DNA of 64,000 bases from the human T2T-CHM13v2.0 reference genome, Homo sapiens, in NCBI RefSeq assembly GCF_009914755.1, contig NC_060925.1. One strand, given 5' to 3'. A model generated the notes under the pieces. The model was not told the origin of the DNA. It saw only the letters and a program-made list of their open reading frames with translations, and searched no databases. How positions within the stretch are numbered: position 1 is the stretch's first letter; every line of letters begins with the position of its first letter. This document shows, in pieces, positions 29,201 to 46,000 of this stretch. A program made the position numbers and the translations under genes.

Positions 29201-32200
29201 ACGAATGGAATCATCATCGAATGGAATCGAATAGATTTATGGAATGAAATCCAGTGTGATCATCATCGAATGGACCCGAATGGAATCATCATCCAACGGA
29301 AGCTAATGGAATCAACATCGAATGAATCAAATGGAAACACCATCGAATTGAAACGAATGGAATTACCATGAAATTGAAATGGATGGACTCATCATCAAAT
29401 GGATTCGAATGGAATCATCGAATAAAATTGATTGAAATCATCATCGAATGGAATCGAATGGTATCATTGAATGGAATCGAATGGAATCATCATCAGATGG
29501 AAATGAATGGAATCGTCATAGAATGGAATCGAATGGATTCATTGAATGGAATCAGATGGAATCAATGAATGGACTGGAATGGAATCATTGAATGGACTCG
29601 AAAGGGATCATTATTGAATGGAATTGAATGGAATCATCGAATGGTCTCGATTGGAATCATTATCAAATGGAATCGAATGGAATCACCGAATAGAATCGAA
29701 TGGAACAATCATCGAATGGACTCAAATGGAATTATCCTCAAATGGAATCGAATGGAATTATCGAATGCAATCGAATGGAATTATCGAATGCAATCGAATA
29801 TAATGATCGAATGGACTCGAATGGAATCATCGAATGGAATGGAATGGAACAGTCAATGAACTCGAATGGAATCATCATTGAATGGAATCGAATGGAATCA
29901 TCGAGTGGAATCGAAAGAAATTATGATCAAATGGAAGCGAACGTAATCATCATCAAATGGAATCAAAAATAACCATCATCAATTGGTATTGAATGGAATT
30001 GTCATCAAATGGAATTCAAAGGAATCATCATCAAATGGAACCGAATGGAATCCTCATTGAATGGAAATGAAAGGGGTCATCATCTAATGGAATCGCATGG
30101 AATCATCATCAAATGGAATCGAATGGAATCATCATCAAATGGAATCTAATGGAATCATTGAACAGAATTGAATGGAATCGTCATCGAATGAATTGAATGC
30201 AATCATCGAATGGTCTCGAATGGAATCATCTTCTAATGGAAAGGAATGGAATATTCGCATAGAATCGAATGGAATTATCATCGAATGGAATCGAATGGTA
30301 TCAACACCAAACGGAAAAAAACGGAATTATCGAATGGAATCGAAGAGAATCTTCGAACGGACCCGAATGGAATCATCTAATGGAATGGAATGGAATAATC
30401 CATGGACTCGAATGCAATCATCATCGAATGGAATGGAATGGAATCATCGAATGGACTCGAATGGAATAATCATTGAACGGAATCGAATGGAATCATCATC
30501 GGATGGAAACGAATGGAATCATCATCGAATGGAAATGAAAGGAGTCATCATCTAATGGAATTGCATGGAATCATCATAAAATGGAATCGAATGGAATCAA
30601 CATCAAATGGAATCAAATGGAATCATTGAACGGAATTGAATGGAATCGTCATCGAATGAATTGACTGCAATCATCGAATGGTCTCGAATGGAATCATCTT
30701 CAAATGGAATGGAATGGAATCATCGCATAGAATCGAATGGAATTATCATCGAATGGAATCGAATGGAATCAACATCAAACGGAAAAAAACGGAATTATCG
30801 AATGGAATCGAAGAGAATCATCGAATGGACCCGAATGGAATCATCTAATGGAATGGAATGGAATAATCCATGGACTCGAATGCAATCATCATCGAATGGA
30901 ATCGAATGGAATCATCGAATGGACTCGAATGGAATAATCATTGAACGGAATCGAATGGAATCATCATCGGATGGAAATGAATGGAATCATCATCGAATGG
31001 AATCGAATAGAATTATGGAATGAAATCCAGTGTGATCATCATCGAATGGACCCGAATGGAATCATCATCCAACGGAAGCTAATGGAATCAACATCGAATG
31101 AATCGAATGGAAACACCATCGAATTGAAACGAATGGAATTATCATGAAATTGAAATGGATGGACTCATCATCGAATGGATTCGAATGGAATCATCGAATA
31201 AAATTGATTGAAATCATCATCCAATGGAATCGAATGGTATCATTGAATGGAATCGAATGGAATCATCATCAGATGGAAATGAATGGAATCGTCATAGAAT
31301 GGAATCGAATGGATTCATTGAATGGAATCAGATGGAATCATCGAATGGACTGGAATGGAATCATTGAATGGACTCGAAAGGGATCATTATTGAATGGAAT
31401 TGAATGGAATCATCGAATGGTCTCGATTGGAATCATTATCAAATGGAATGGAATGGAATCACCGAATAGAATCGAATGGAACAATCATCGAATGGACTCA
31501 AATGGAATTATCCTCCAATGGAATCGAATGGAATTATCGAATGCAATCGAATGGAATTATCGAATGCAATTGAATAGAATCATCGAATGGACTCGAATGG
31601 AATCATCGAATGGAATATAATGGAACAGTCAATGAACTCGAATGGAATCATCATTGAATGGAATCGAATGGAATCATCGAGTGGAATCGAATGGAATTAT
31701 GATCAAATGGAATCGAATGTAATCCTCATCAAATGGAATCAAAAATAACCATCATCAATTGGTATTGAATGGAATTGTCATCAAATGGAATTCAAAGGAA
31801 TCATCATCAAATGGAACCGAATGGAATCCTCATTGAATGGAAATGAAAGGGGTCATCATCTAATGGAATCGCATGGAATCATCATCAAATGGAATCGAAT
31901 GGAATCATCATCAAATGGAATCTAATGGAATCATTGAACAGAATTGAATGGAATCGTCATCGAATGAATTGAATGCAATCATCGAATGGTCTCGAATGGA
32001 ATCATCTTCTAATGGAAAGGAATGGAATCATCGCATAGAATCGAATGGAATTATCATCGAATGGAATCGAATGGAATCAACATCAAACGGAAAAAAACGG
32101 AATTATCGAATGGAATCGAAGAGAATCATCGAATGGACCCGAATGGAATCATCTAATGGAATGGAATGGAATAATCCATGGAGTCGAATGCAATCATCAT

Positions 32201-35200
32201 CGAATGGAATCGAATGGAATCATCGAATGGACTCGAATGGAATAATCATTGAACGGAATCGAATGGAATCATCATCGGATGGAAATGAATGGAATCATCA
32301 TCGAATGGAATCGAATAGAATTATGGAATGAAATCCAGTGTGATCATCATCGAATGGACCCGAATGGAATCATCATCCAACGGAAGCTAATGGAATCAAC
32401 ATCGAATGAATCGAATGGAAACACCATCGAATTGAAACGAATGGAATTATCATGAAATTGAAATGGATGGACTCATCATCGAATGGATTCGAATGGAATC
32501 ATCGAATAAAATTGATTGAAATCATCATCCAATGGAATCGAATGGTATCATTGAATGGAATCGAATGGAATCATCATCAGATGGAAATGAATGGAATCGT
32601 CATAGAATGGAATCGAATGGATTCATTGAATGGAATCAGATGGAATCATCGAATGGACTGGAATGGAATCATTGAATGGACTCGAAAGGGATCATTATTG
32701 AATGGAATTGAATGGAATCATCGAATGGTCTCGATTGGAATCATTATCAAATGGAATCGAATGGAATCACCGAATAGAATCGAATGGAACAATCATCGAA
32801 TGGACTCAAATGGAATTATCCTCCAATGGAATCGAATGGAATTATCGAATGCAATCGAATGGAATTATCGAATGCAATCGAATAGAATCATCGAATGGAC
32901 TCGAATGGAATCATCGAATGGAATGGAATGGAACAGTCAATGAACTCGAATGGAATCATCATTGAATGGAATCGAATGGAATCATCGAGTGGAATCGAAT
33001 GGAATTATGATCAAATGGAATCGAATGTAATCCTCATCAAATGGAATCAAAAATAACCATCATCAATTGGTATTGAATGGAATTGTCATCAAATGGAATT
33101 CAAAGGAATCATCATCAAATGGAACCGAATGGAATCCTCATTGAATGGAAATGAAAGGGGTCATCATCTAATGGAATCGCATGGAATCATCATCAAATGG
33201 AATCGAATGGAATCATCATCAAATGGAATCTAATGGAATCATTGAACAGAATTGAATGGAATCGTCATCGAATGAATTGAATGCAATCATCGAATGGTCT
33301 CGAATGGAATCATCTTCTAATGGAAAGGAATGGAATCATCGCATAGAATCGAATGGAATTATCATCGAATGGAATCGAATGGTATCAACACCAAACGGAA
33401 AAAAACGGAATTATCGAATGGAATCGAAGAGAATCTTCGAACGGACCCGAATGGAATCATCTAATGGAATGGAATGGAATAATCCATGGACTCGAATGCA
33501 ATCATCATCGAATGGAATCGAATGGAATCATCGAATGGACTCGAATGGAATAATCATTGAACGGAATCGAATGGAATCATCATCGGATGGAAACGAATGG
33601 AATCATCATCGAATGGGAATGAAAGGAGTCATCATCTAATGGAATTGCATGGAATCATCATAAAATGGAATCGAATGGAATCAACATCAAATGGAATCAA
33701 ATGGAATCATTGAACGGAATTGAATGGAATCGTCATCGAATGAATTGAATGCAATCATCGAATGGTCTCGAATGGAATCATCTTCAAATGGAATGGAATG
33801 GAATCATCGCATAGAATCGAATGGAATTATCATCGAATGGAATCGAATGGAATCAACACCAAACGGAAAAAAACGGAATTATCAAATGGAATCGAAGAGA
33901 ATCATCGAATGGACCCAAATGGAATCATCTAACGGAATGGAATGGAATAATCCATGGACTCGAATGCAATCATCATCGAATGGAATCGAATGGAATCATC
34001 GAATGGACTCGAATGGAATAATCATTGAACGGAATCAAATGGAATCATCATCGGATGGAAATGAATGGAATCGTCATCGAATGGAATCGAATAGAATTAT
34101 GGAATGAAATCCAGTGTGATCATCATCGAATGGACCTGAATGGAATCATCATCCAATGGAAGCTAATGGAATCAACATCGAATGAATCAAATTGAAACAC
34201 CATCGAATTGAAACGAATGGAATTACCATGAAATTGAAATGGATGGACTCATCATCGAATGGATTCGAAAGGAATCATCGAATAAAATTGATTGAAATCA
34301 TCATCGAATGGAATCGAATGGTATCATTGAATGGAATCGAATGGAATCATCATCAGATGGAAATGAATGGAATCGTCATAGAATGGAATCGAATGGATTC
34401 ATTGAATGGAATCAGATGGAATCATCGAATGGACTGGAATGGAATCATTGAATGGACTCGAAAGAGATCATGATTGAATGGAATTGAATGGAATCATCGA
34501 ATGGTCTCGATTGGAATCATTATCAAATGGAATCGAATGGAATCACCGAATAGAATCGAATGGAACAATCATCGAATGGACTCAAATGGAATTATCCTCC
34601 AATGGAATCGAATGGAATTATCGAATGCAATCGAATGGAATTATCGAATGCAATCGAATAGAATCATCGAATGGACTCGAATGGAATCATCGAATGGAAT
34701 GGAATGGAACAGTCAATGAACTCGAATGGAATCATCATTGAATGGAATCGAATGGAATCATCGAGTGGAATCGAATGGAATTATGATCAAATGGAATCGA
34801 ATGTAATCATCATCAAATGGAATCAAAAATAACCATCATCAATTGGAATTGAATGGAATTGTCATCAAATGGAATTCAAAGGAATCATCATCAAATGGAA
34901 CCGAATGGAATCCTCATTGAATGGAAATGAAAGGGGTCATCTAATGGAATCGCATGGAATCATCATCAAATGGAATCGAATGGAATCATCATCAAATGGA
35001 ATCTAATGGAATCATTGAACAGAATTTAATGGAATCGTCATCGAATGAATTGAATGCAATCATCGAATGGTCTCGAATGGAACCATCTTCTAATGGAAAG
35101 GAATGGAATCATCGCATAGAATCGAATGGAATTATCATCGAATGGAATCGAATGGTATCAACACCAAACGGAAAAAAACGGAATTATCGAATGGAATCGA

Positions 35201-37067
35201 AGAGAATCTTCGAACGGACCCGAATGGAATCATCTAATGGAATGGAATGGAATAATCCATGGACTCGAATGCAATCATCATCGAATGGAATCGAATGGAA
35301 TCATCGAATGGACTCGAATGGAATAATCATTGAACGGAATCGAATGGAATCATCATCGGATGGAAACGAATGGAATCATCATCGAATGGGAATGAAAGGA
35401 GTCATCATCTAATGGAATTGCATGTAATCATCATAAAATGGAATCGAATGGAATCAACATCAAATGGAATCAAATGGAATCATTGAACGGAATTGAATGG
35501 AATCGTCATCGAATGAATTAAATGCAATCATCGAATGGTCTCGAATGGAATCATCTTCAAATGGAATGGAATGGAATCATCGCATAGAATCGAATGGAAT
35601 TATCATCGAATGGAATCGAATGGAATCAACATCAAACGGAAAAAAACGGAATTATCGAATGGAATCGAAGAGAATCATCGAATGCACCCGAATGGAATCA
35701 TCTAATGGAATGGAATGGAATAATCCATGGACTCGAATGCAATCATCATCGAATGGAATCGAATGGAATCATCGAATGGACTCGAATGGAATAATCATTG
35801 AACGGAATCAAATGGAATCATCATCGGATGGAAATGAATGGAATCGTCATCGAATGGAATCGAATAGAATTATGGAATGAAATCCAGTGTGATCATCATC
35901 GAATGGACCTGAATGGAATCATCATCCAACGGAAGCTAATGGAATCAACATCGAATGAATCAAATGGAAACACCATCGAATTGAAACGAATGGAATTACC
36001 ATGAAATTGAAATGGATGGACTCATCATCGAATGGATTCGAATGGAATCATCGAATAAAATTGATTGAAATCATCATCGAATGGAATCGAATGGTATCAT
36101 TGAATGGAATCGAATGGAATCATCATCAGATGGAAATGAATGGAATCGTCATAGAATGGAATCGAATGGATTCATTGAATGGAATCAGATGGAATCAGTG
36201 AATGGACTGTAATGGAATCATTGAATGGACTCGAAAGGGATCATTATTGAATGGAATTGAATGGAATCATCGAATGGTCTCGATTGGAATCATTATCAAA
36301 TGGAATCGAATGGAATCACCGAATAGAATCGAATGGAACAATCATCGAATGGACTCAAATGGAATTATCCTCAAATGGAATCGAATGGAATTATCGAATG
36401 CAATCGAATGGAATTATCGAATGCAATCGAATAGAATCATCGAATGGACTCGAATGGAATCATCGAATGGAATGGAATGGAACAGTCAATGAACTCGAAT
36501 GGAATCATCATTGAATGGAATCGAATGGAATCATCGAGTGGAATCGAAAGGAATTATGACCAAATGGAATCGAATGTAATCATCATCAAATGGAATCAAA
36601 AATAACCATCATCAATTGGTATTGAATGGAATTGTCATGAAATGGAATTCAAAGGAATCATCATCAAATGGAACCGAATGGAATCCTCATTGAATGGAAA
36701 TGAAAGGGGTCATCATCTAATGGAATCGCATGGAATCATCATCAAATGGAATCGAATGGAATCATCATCAAATGGAATCTAATGGAATCATTGAAAAGAA
36801 TTGAATGGAATCGTCATCGAATGAATTGAATGCAATCATCGAATGGTCTCGAATGGAATCATCTTCAAATGGAATGGAATGGAATCATCGCATAGAATCG
36901 AATGGAATTATCATCGAATGGAATCGAATGGAATCAACATCTAACGGAAAAAAACGGAATTATCGAATGGAATCGAAGAGAATCATCGAATGGACCCGAA
37001 TGGAATCATCTAATGGAATGGAATGGAATAATCCATGGACTCGAATGCAATCATCATCGAATGGAAT
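26283..37067 (+). repeat. Large direct duplication with period 11,493 bp, copy 2
   Basis: Same unit-length series as copy 1 (1776, 1308, 1776, 1308, 1776, 1773) and near-identical ORF translations. It diverges at 37068 versus 25575. Confidence 0.93.
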
Positions 37068-40000
37068 CGAATGGAATCATCGAATGGACTCGAATGGAAT
37101 AATCATTGAACGGAATCGAATGGAATCATCATCGGATGGAAATGAAAGGAGTCATCATCTAATGGAATTGCATGGAATCATCATAAAATGGAATCGAGTG
37201 GAATCAACATCAAATGGAATCAAATGGAATCATTGAACGGAATTGAATGGAATCGTCATCGAATGAATTGAATGCAATCATCGAATGGTCTCGAATGGAA
37301 TCATCTTCAAATGGAATGGAATGGAATCATCGCATAGAATCGAATGGAATTATCATCGAATGGAATCGAATGGAATCAAAATCAAACGGAAAAATACGGA
37401 ATTATCGAATGGAATCGAAGAGAATCATCGAATGGACCCGAATGGAATCATCTAATGGAATGGAATGGAATAATCCATGGACTCGAATGCAATCATCATC
37501 GAATGGAATCGAATGGAATCATCCAATGGACTCGAATGGAATAATCATTGAACGGAATCGAATGGAATCATCATCGGATGGAAATGAATGGAATCATCAT
37601 CGAATGGAATCGAATAGAATTATGGAATGAAATCCAGTGTGATCATCATCGAATGGACCCGAATGGAATCATCATCCAACGGATGCTAATGGAATCAACA
37701 TCGAATGAATCAAATGGAAACACCATCGAATTGAAACGAATGGAATTACCATGAAATTGAAATGGATGGACTCATCATCGAATGGATTCGAAAGGAATCA
37801 TCGAATAAAATTGATTGAAATCATCATCGAATGGAATCGAATGGTATCATTGAATGGAATCGAATGGAATCATCATCAGATGGAAATGAATGGAATCGTC
37901 ATAGAATGGAATCGAATGGATTCATTGAATGGAATCAGATGGAATCATCGAATGGACTGGAATGGAATCATTGAATGGACTCGAAAGAGATCATGATTGA
38001 ATGGAATTGAATGGAATCATCGAATGGTCTCGATTGGAATCATTATCAAATGGAATCGAATGGAATCACCGAATAGAATCGAATGGAACAATCATCGAAT
38101 GGACTCAAATGGAATTATCCTCAAATGGAATCGAATGGAATTATCGAATGCAATCGAATGGAATTATCGAATGCAATCGAATAGAATCATCGAATGGACT
38201 CGAATGGATTCATCGAATGGAATGGAATGGAAAAGTCAATGAACACGAATGGAATCATCACTGAATGGAATCGAATGGAATCATCGAGTGGAATCGAATG
38301 GAATTATGATCAAATGGAATCGAATGTAATCATCATCAAATGGAATCAAAAATAACCATCATCAATTGGTATTGAATGGAATTGTTATCAAATGGAATTC
38401 AAAGGAATCATCATCAAATGGAACTGAATGGAATCCTCATTGAATGGAAATGAAAGGGGTCATCATCTAATGGAATAGCATGGAATAATCATCAAATGGA
38501 ATCGAATGGAATCATCATCAAATGGAATCTAATGGAATCATTGAAAAGAATTGAATGGAATCATCATCGAATGAATTGAATGCAATCATCGAATGGTCTC
38601 GAATGGAATCATCTTCTAATGGAAAGGAATGGAATCATCGCATAGAATCGAATGGAATTAACATTGAATGGACTCGAATGGAATCAACATCAAATGGAAT
38701 CAAGCGGAATTATCGAATGAAATCGAAGAGAATCATCGAATGGACTCGAATGGAATCATCTAGTGGAATGGAATGGAATAATCCACGGACTCGAATGCAA
38801 TCATCATCGTATAGAATCGAATGGAATCATCGAATGGACTCGAATGGAATAACCATTGAACGGAATCAAATGGAATCATCATCGGATGGAAACGAATGGA
38901 ATCATCATCGAATGGAAATGAAAGGAGTCATCATCTAATGGAATTGCATGGAATCATCATAAAATGGAATCGAATGGAATCATCATCAAATGGAATCAAA
39001 TGGAATCATTGAACGGAATTGAATGGAATCGTCATCGAATGAATTGAATGCAATCATCGAATGGTCTCGAATGGAATCATCTTCAAATGGAATGGAATGG
39101 AATCATCGCATAGAATCGAATGGAATTAATATCGAATGGAATCGAATGGTATCAACATCAAACGGAAAATAACGGAATTATCGAATGGAATCGAAGAGAA
39201 TCTTCGAACGTACCCGAATGGAATCATGTAATGGAGTGGAATGGAATAATCCATGGACTCGAATGCAATCATCATCGAATGGAATCGAATGGAATCATCG
39301 AATGGACTCGAATGGAATAATCATTGAACGGAATCGAATGGAATCATCATCGGATGGAAATGAATGGAATCATCATCGAATGGAATCGAATAGAATTATG
39401 GAATGAAATCCAGTGTGATCATCATCGAATGGACCCGAATGGAATCATCATCCAACGGAAGCTAATGGAATCAACATCGAATGAATCGAATGGAAACACC
39501 ATCGAATTGAAACGAATGGAATTATCATGAAATTGAAATGGATGGACTCATCATCGAATGGATTCGAATGGAATCATCGAATAAAATTGATTGAAATTAT
39601 CATCAAATGGAATCGAATGGTATCATTGAATGGAATCGAATGGAATCATCATCAGATGGAAATGAATGGAATCGTCATAGAATGGAATCGAATGGATTCA
39701 TTGAATGGAATCAGATGGAATCATCGAATGGACTGGAATGGAATCATTGAATGGACTCGAAAGGGATCATTATTGAATGGAATTGAATGGAATCATCGAA
39801 TGGTCTCGATTGGAATCATTATCAAATGGAATCGAATGGAATCACCGAATAGAATCGAATGGAACAACCATCGAATGGACTCAAATGGAATTATCCTCAA
39901 ATGGAATCGAATGGAATTATCGAATGCAATCGAATGGAATTATCGAATGCAATCGAATAGAATCATCGAATGGACTCGAATGGAATCATCGAATGGAATG

Positions 40001-43000
40001 GAATGGAACAGTCAATGAACTCGAATGGAATCATCATTGAATGGAATCGAATGGAATCATCGAGTGGAATCGAATGGAATTATGATCAAATGGAATCGAA
40101 TGTAATCATCATCAAATGGAATCAAAAATAACCATCATCAATTGGTATTGAATGGAATTGTCATCAAATGGAATTCAAAGGAAACATCATCAAATGGAAC
40201 CGAATGGAATCCTCATTGAATGGAAATGAAAGGGGTCATCATCTAATGGAATCGCATGGAATCATCATCAAATGGAATCGAATGGAATCATCATCAAATG
40301 GAATCTAATGGAATCATTGAACAGAATTCAATGGAATCGTCATCGAATGAATTGAATGCAATCATCGAATGGTCTCGAATGGAACCATCTTCTAATGGAA
40401 AGGAATGGAATCATCGCATAGAATCGAATGGAATTGTCATCGAATGGAATCGAATGGTATCAACACCAAACGGAAAAAAACGGAAATATCGAATGGAATC
40501 GAAGAGAATCTTCGAACGGACCCGAATGGAATCATCTAATGGAATGGAATGGAATAATCCATGGACTCGAATGCAATCATCATCGAATGGAATCGAATGG
40601 AATCATCGAATGGACTCGAATGGAATAATCATTGAACGGAATCGAATGGAATCATCATTGGATGGAAACGAATGGAATCATCATCGAATGGAAATGAAAG
40701 GAGTCATCATCTAATGGAATTGCATGGAATCATCATCAAATGGAATCGAATGGAATCAACATCAAATGGAATCAAATGGAATCATTGAACGGAATTGAAT
40801 GGAATCGTCATTGAATGAATTGAATGCAATCATCGAATGGTCTCGAATGGAATCATCTTCAAATGGAATGGAATGGAATCATCGCATAGAATCGAATGGA
40901 ATTATCATCGAATGGAATCGAATGGAATCAACATCAAACGGAAAAAAACGGAATTATCGAATGGAATCGAAGAGAATCATCGAATGGACCCGAATGGAAT
41001 CATCTAATGGAATGGAATGGAATAATCCATGGACTCGAATGCAATCATCATCGAATGGAATCGAATGGAATCATCGAATGGACTCGAATGGAATAATCAT
41101 TGAACGGAATCGAATGGAATCATCATCGGATGGAAATGAATGGAATCATCATCGAATGGAATCGAATAGAATTATGGAATGAAATCCAGTGTGATCATCA
41201 TCGAATGGACCCGAATGGAATCATCATCCAACGGAAGCTAATGGAATCAACATCGAATGAATCAAATGGAAACACCATCGAATTGAAACGAATGGAATTA
41301 CCATGAAATTGAAATGGATGGACTCATCATCAAATGGATTCGAGTGGAATCATCGAATAAAATTGATTGAAATCATCATCGTATGGAATCGAATGGTATC
41401 ATTGAATGGAATCGAATGGAATCATCTTCAGATGGAAATGAAAGGAATCATCATAGAATGGAATCGAATGGATTCATTGAATGGAATCAGATGGAATCAT
41501 TGAATGGACTGGAATGGAATCATTGAATGGACTCGAAAGGGATCATTATTGAATGGAATTGAATGGAATCATCGAATGGTCTCGATTGGAATCATTATCA
41601 AATGGAATCGAATGGAATCACCGAATAGAATCGAATGGAACAATCATCGAATGGACTCAAATGGAATTATCCTCAAATGGAATTGAATGGAATTATCGAA
41701 TGCAATCGAATGGAATTATCGAATGCAATCGAATAGAATCATCGAATGGACTCGAATGGAATCATCGAATGGAATGGAATGGAACAGTCAATGAACTCGA
41801 ATGGAATCATCATTGAATGGAATCGAATGGAATCATCGAGTGGAATCGAATGGAATCATCATCAAATGGAATCGAATGTAATCATCATCAAATGGAATCA
41901 AAAATAACCATCATCAACTGGTATTGAATGGAATTCTCATCAAATGGAATTCAAAGGAATCATCATCAAATGGAACCGAATGGAATCCTCATTGAATGGA
42001 AATGAAAGGGGTCATCATCTAATGGAATCGCATGGAATCATCATCAAATGGAATCGAATGGAATCATCATCAAATGGAATCTAATGGAATCATTGAAAAG
42101 AATTGAATGGAATCGTCATCGAATGAATTGAATGCAATCATCGAATGGTCTCGAATGGAATCATCTTCTAATGGAAAGGAATGGAATCATCGCATAGAAT
42201 CGAATGGAATTATCATCGAATGGAATCGAATGGTATCAACACCAAACGGAAAAAAACGGAATTATCGGATGGAATCGAAGAGAATCTTCGAACGGACCCG
42301 AATGGAATCATCTAATGGAATGAAATGGAATAATCCATGGACTCGAATGCAATCATCATCGAATGGAATCGAATGGAATCATCGAATGGACTCGAATGGA
42401 ATAATCATTGAACGGAATCGAATGGAATCATCATCGGATGGAAACGAATGGAATCATCATCGAATGGAAATGAAAGGAGTCATCATCTAATGGAATTGCA
42501 TGGAATCATCATAAAATGGAATCGAATGGAATCAACATCAAATGGAATCAAATGGAATCATTGAACGGAATTGAATGGAATCGTCATCGAATGAATTGAC
42601 TGCAATCATCCAATGGTCTCGAATGGAATCATCTTCAAATGGAATGGAATGGAATCATCGCATAGAATCGAATGGAATTATCATCGAATGGAATCGAATG
42701 GAATCAACATCAAACGGAAAAAAACGGAATTATCGAATGGAATCGAAGAGAATCATCGAATGGACCCGAATGGAATCATCTAATGGAATGGAATGGAATA
42801 ATCCATGGACTCGAATGCAATCATCATCGAATGGAATCGAATGGAATCATCGAATGGACTCGAATGGAATAATCATTGAACGGAATCGAATAGAATCATC
42901 ATCGGATGGAAATGAAAGGAGTCATCATCTAATGGAATTGCATGGAATCATCATAAAATGGAATCGAATTGAATCAACATCAAATGGAATCAAATGGAAT

Positions 43001-46000
43001 CATTGAACGGAATTGAATGGAATCGTCATCGAATGAATTGAATGCAATCATCGAATGGTCTCGAATGGAATCATCTTCAAATGGAATGGAATGGAATCAT
43101 CGCATAGAATCGAATGGAATTATCATCGAATGGAATCGAATGGAATCAACATCAAACGGAAAAATACGGAATTATCGAATGGAATCGAAGAGAATCATCG
43201 AATGGACCCGAATGGAATCATCTAATGGAATGGAATGGAATAATCCATGGACTCGAATGCAATCATCATCGAATGGAATCGAATGGAATCATCGAATGGA
43301 CTCGTATGGAATAATCATTGAACGGAATCGAATGGCATCGTCATCGGATGGAAATGAATGGAATCATCATCGAATGGAATCGAATAGAATTATGGAATGA
43401 AATCCAGTGTGATCATCATCGAATGGACCCGAATGGAATCATCATCCAACGGAAGCTAATGGAATCAACATCGAATGAATCGAATGGAAACACCATCGAA
43501 TTGAAACGAATGGAATTACCATGAAATTGAAATGGATGGACTCATCATCGAATGGATTCGAATGGAATCATCGAATAAAATTGATTGAAATCATAATCGA
43601 ATGGAATCGAATGGTATCATTGAATGGAATCGAATGGAATCATCATCAGATGGAAATGAATGGAATCGTCATAGAATGGAATCGAATGGATTCATTGAAT
43701 GGAATCAGATGGAATCATCGAATGGACTGGAATGGAATCATTGAATGGACTCGAAAGGGATCATGATTGAATGGAATTGAATGGAATCATCGAATGGTCT
43801 CGATTGGAATCATTATCAAATGGAATCGAATGGATTCACCGAATAGAATCGAATGGAACAATCATCGAATGGACTCAAATGGAATTATCCTCAAATGGAA
43901 TCGAATGGAATTATCGAATGCAATCGAATGGAATTATCGAATGCAATCGAATAGAATCATCGAATGGACTCGAATGGAATCATCGAATGGAATGGAATGG
44001 AACAGTCAATGAACTCGAATGGAATCATCATTGAATGGAATCGAATGGAATCATCGAGTGGAATCGAATGGAATTATGATCAAATGGAATCGACTGTAAT
44101 CATCATCAAATGGAATCAAAAATAACCATCATCAACTGGTATTGAATGGAATTCTCATCAAATGGAATTCAAAGGAATCATCATCAAATGGAACTGAATG
44201 GAATCCTCATTGAATGGAAATGAAAGGGGTCATCATCTAATGGAATCGCATGGAATCATCATCAAATGGAATCGAATGGAATCATCATCAAATGGAATCT
44301 GATGGAATCATTGAACAGAATTGAATGGAATCGTCATCGAATGAATTGAATGCAATCATCGAATGGTCTCGAATGTAATCACATTCTAATGGAAAGGAAT
44401 GGAATCATCGCATAGAATCGAATGGAATTAACATTGAATGGACTCGAATGGAATCAACATCAAACGGAATCAAGCGGAATTATCGAATGGAATCGAAGAG
44501 AATCATCGAATGGACTCGAATGGAATCATCTAATGGAATGGAATGGAATAATCCACGGACTCGAATGCAATCATCATCGTATAGAATCGAATGGAATCAT
44601 CGAATGGACTCGAATGGAATAACCATTGAACGGAATCGAATGGAATCATCATCGGATGGAAACGAATGGAATCATCATCGAATGGAAATGAAAGGAGTCA
44701 TCATCTAATGGAATTGCATGGAATCATCATAAAATGGAATCGAATGGAATCATCATCAAATGGAATCAAATGGAAGCATTGAACGGAATTGAATGGAATC
44801 GTCATCGAATGAATTGAATGCAACCATCGAATGATCTCGAATGGAATCATCTTCAAATGGAATGGAATGGAATCATCGCATAGAATCGAATGGAATTATC
44901 ATCGAATGGAATCGAATGGTATCAACATCAAACGGAAAAAAACGGTATAATCGAAAGGAATCAAAGAGAATCTTCGAATGGACCCGAATGGAATCATCTA
45001 ATGGAATGGAATGGAATAATCCATGGACACGAATGCAATCATCATCGAATGGAATCGAATGGAATCATCGAATGGACTCGAATGGAATAATCATTGAACG
45101 GAATCGAATGGAATCATCATCGGATGGAAATGAATGGAATCATCATCGAATGGAATCGAATAGAATTATGGAATGAAATCCAGTGTGATCATCATCGAAT
45201 GGACCCGAATGGAATCATCATCCAACGGAAGCTAATAGAATCAACATCGAATGAATCAAATGGAAACACCATCGAATTGAAACGAATGGAATTAGCATGA
45301 AATTGAAATGGATGGACTCATCCTCAAATGGATTCGAATGGAATCATCGAATAAAATTGATTGAAATCATCATCGAATGGAATCGAATGGTATCATTGAA
45401 TGGAATCGAATGGAATCATCATCAGATGGAAATGAAAGGAATCGTCATAGAATGGAATCGAATGGATTCATTGAATGGAATCAGATGGAATCATCGAATG
45501 GACTGGAATGGAATCATTGAATGGACTCGAAAGGGATCATTATTGAATGGAATTGAATGGAATCATCGAATGGTCTCGATTGGAATCATTATCAAATGGA
45601 ATCGAATGGAATCACCAAATAGAATCGAATGGAATAATCATCGAATGGACTCAAATGGAATTATCCTCAAATGGAATTGAATGGAATTATCGAATGCAAT
45701 CGAATGGAATTATCGAATGCAATCGAATAGAATCATCGAATGGACTCGAATGGAATCATCGAATGGAATGGAATGGAACAGTCAATGAACTCGAATGGAA
45801 TCATCATTGAATGGAATCGAATGGAATCATCTAGTGGAATCGAATGTAATCATCATCCAATGGAATCAAAAATAACCATCATCAAATGGAATCAAAAATA
45901 ACCATCATCAATTGGTATTGAATGGAATTCTCATCAAATGGAATTCAAAGGAATCATCATCAAATGGAACCGAATGGAATCCTCATTGAATGGAAATGAA

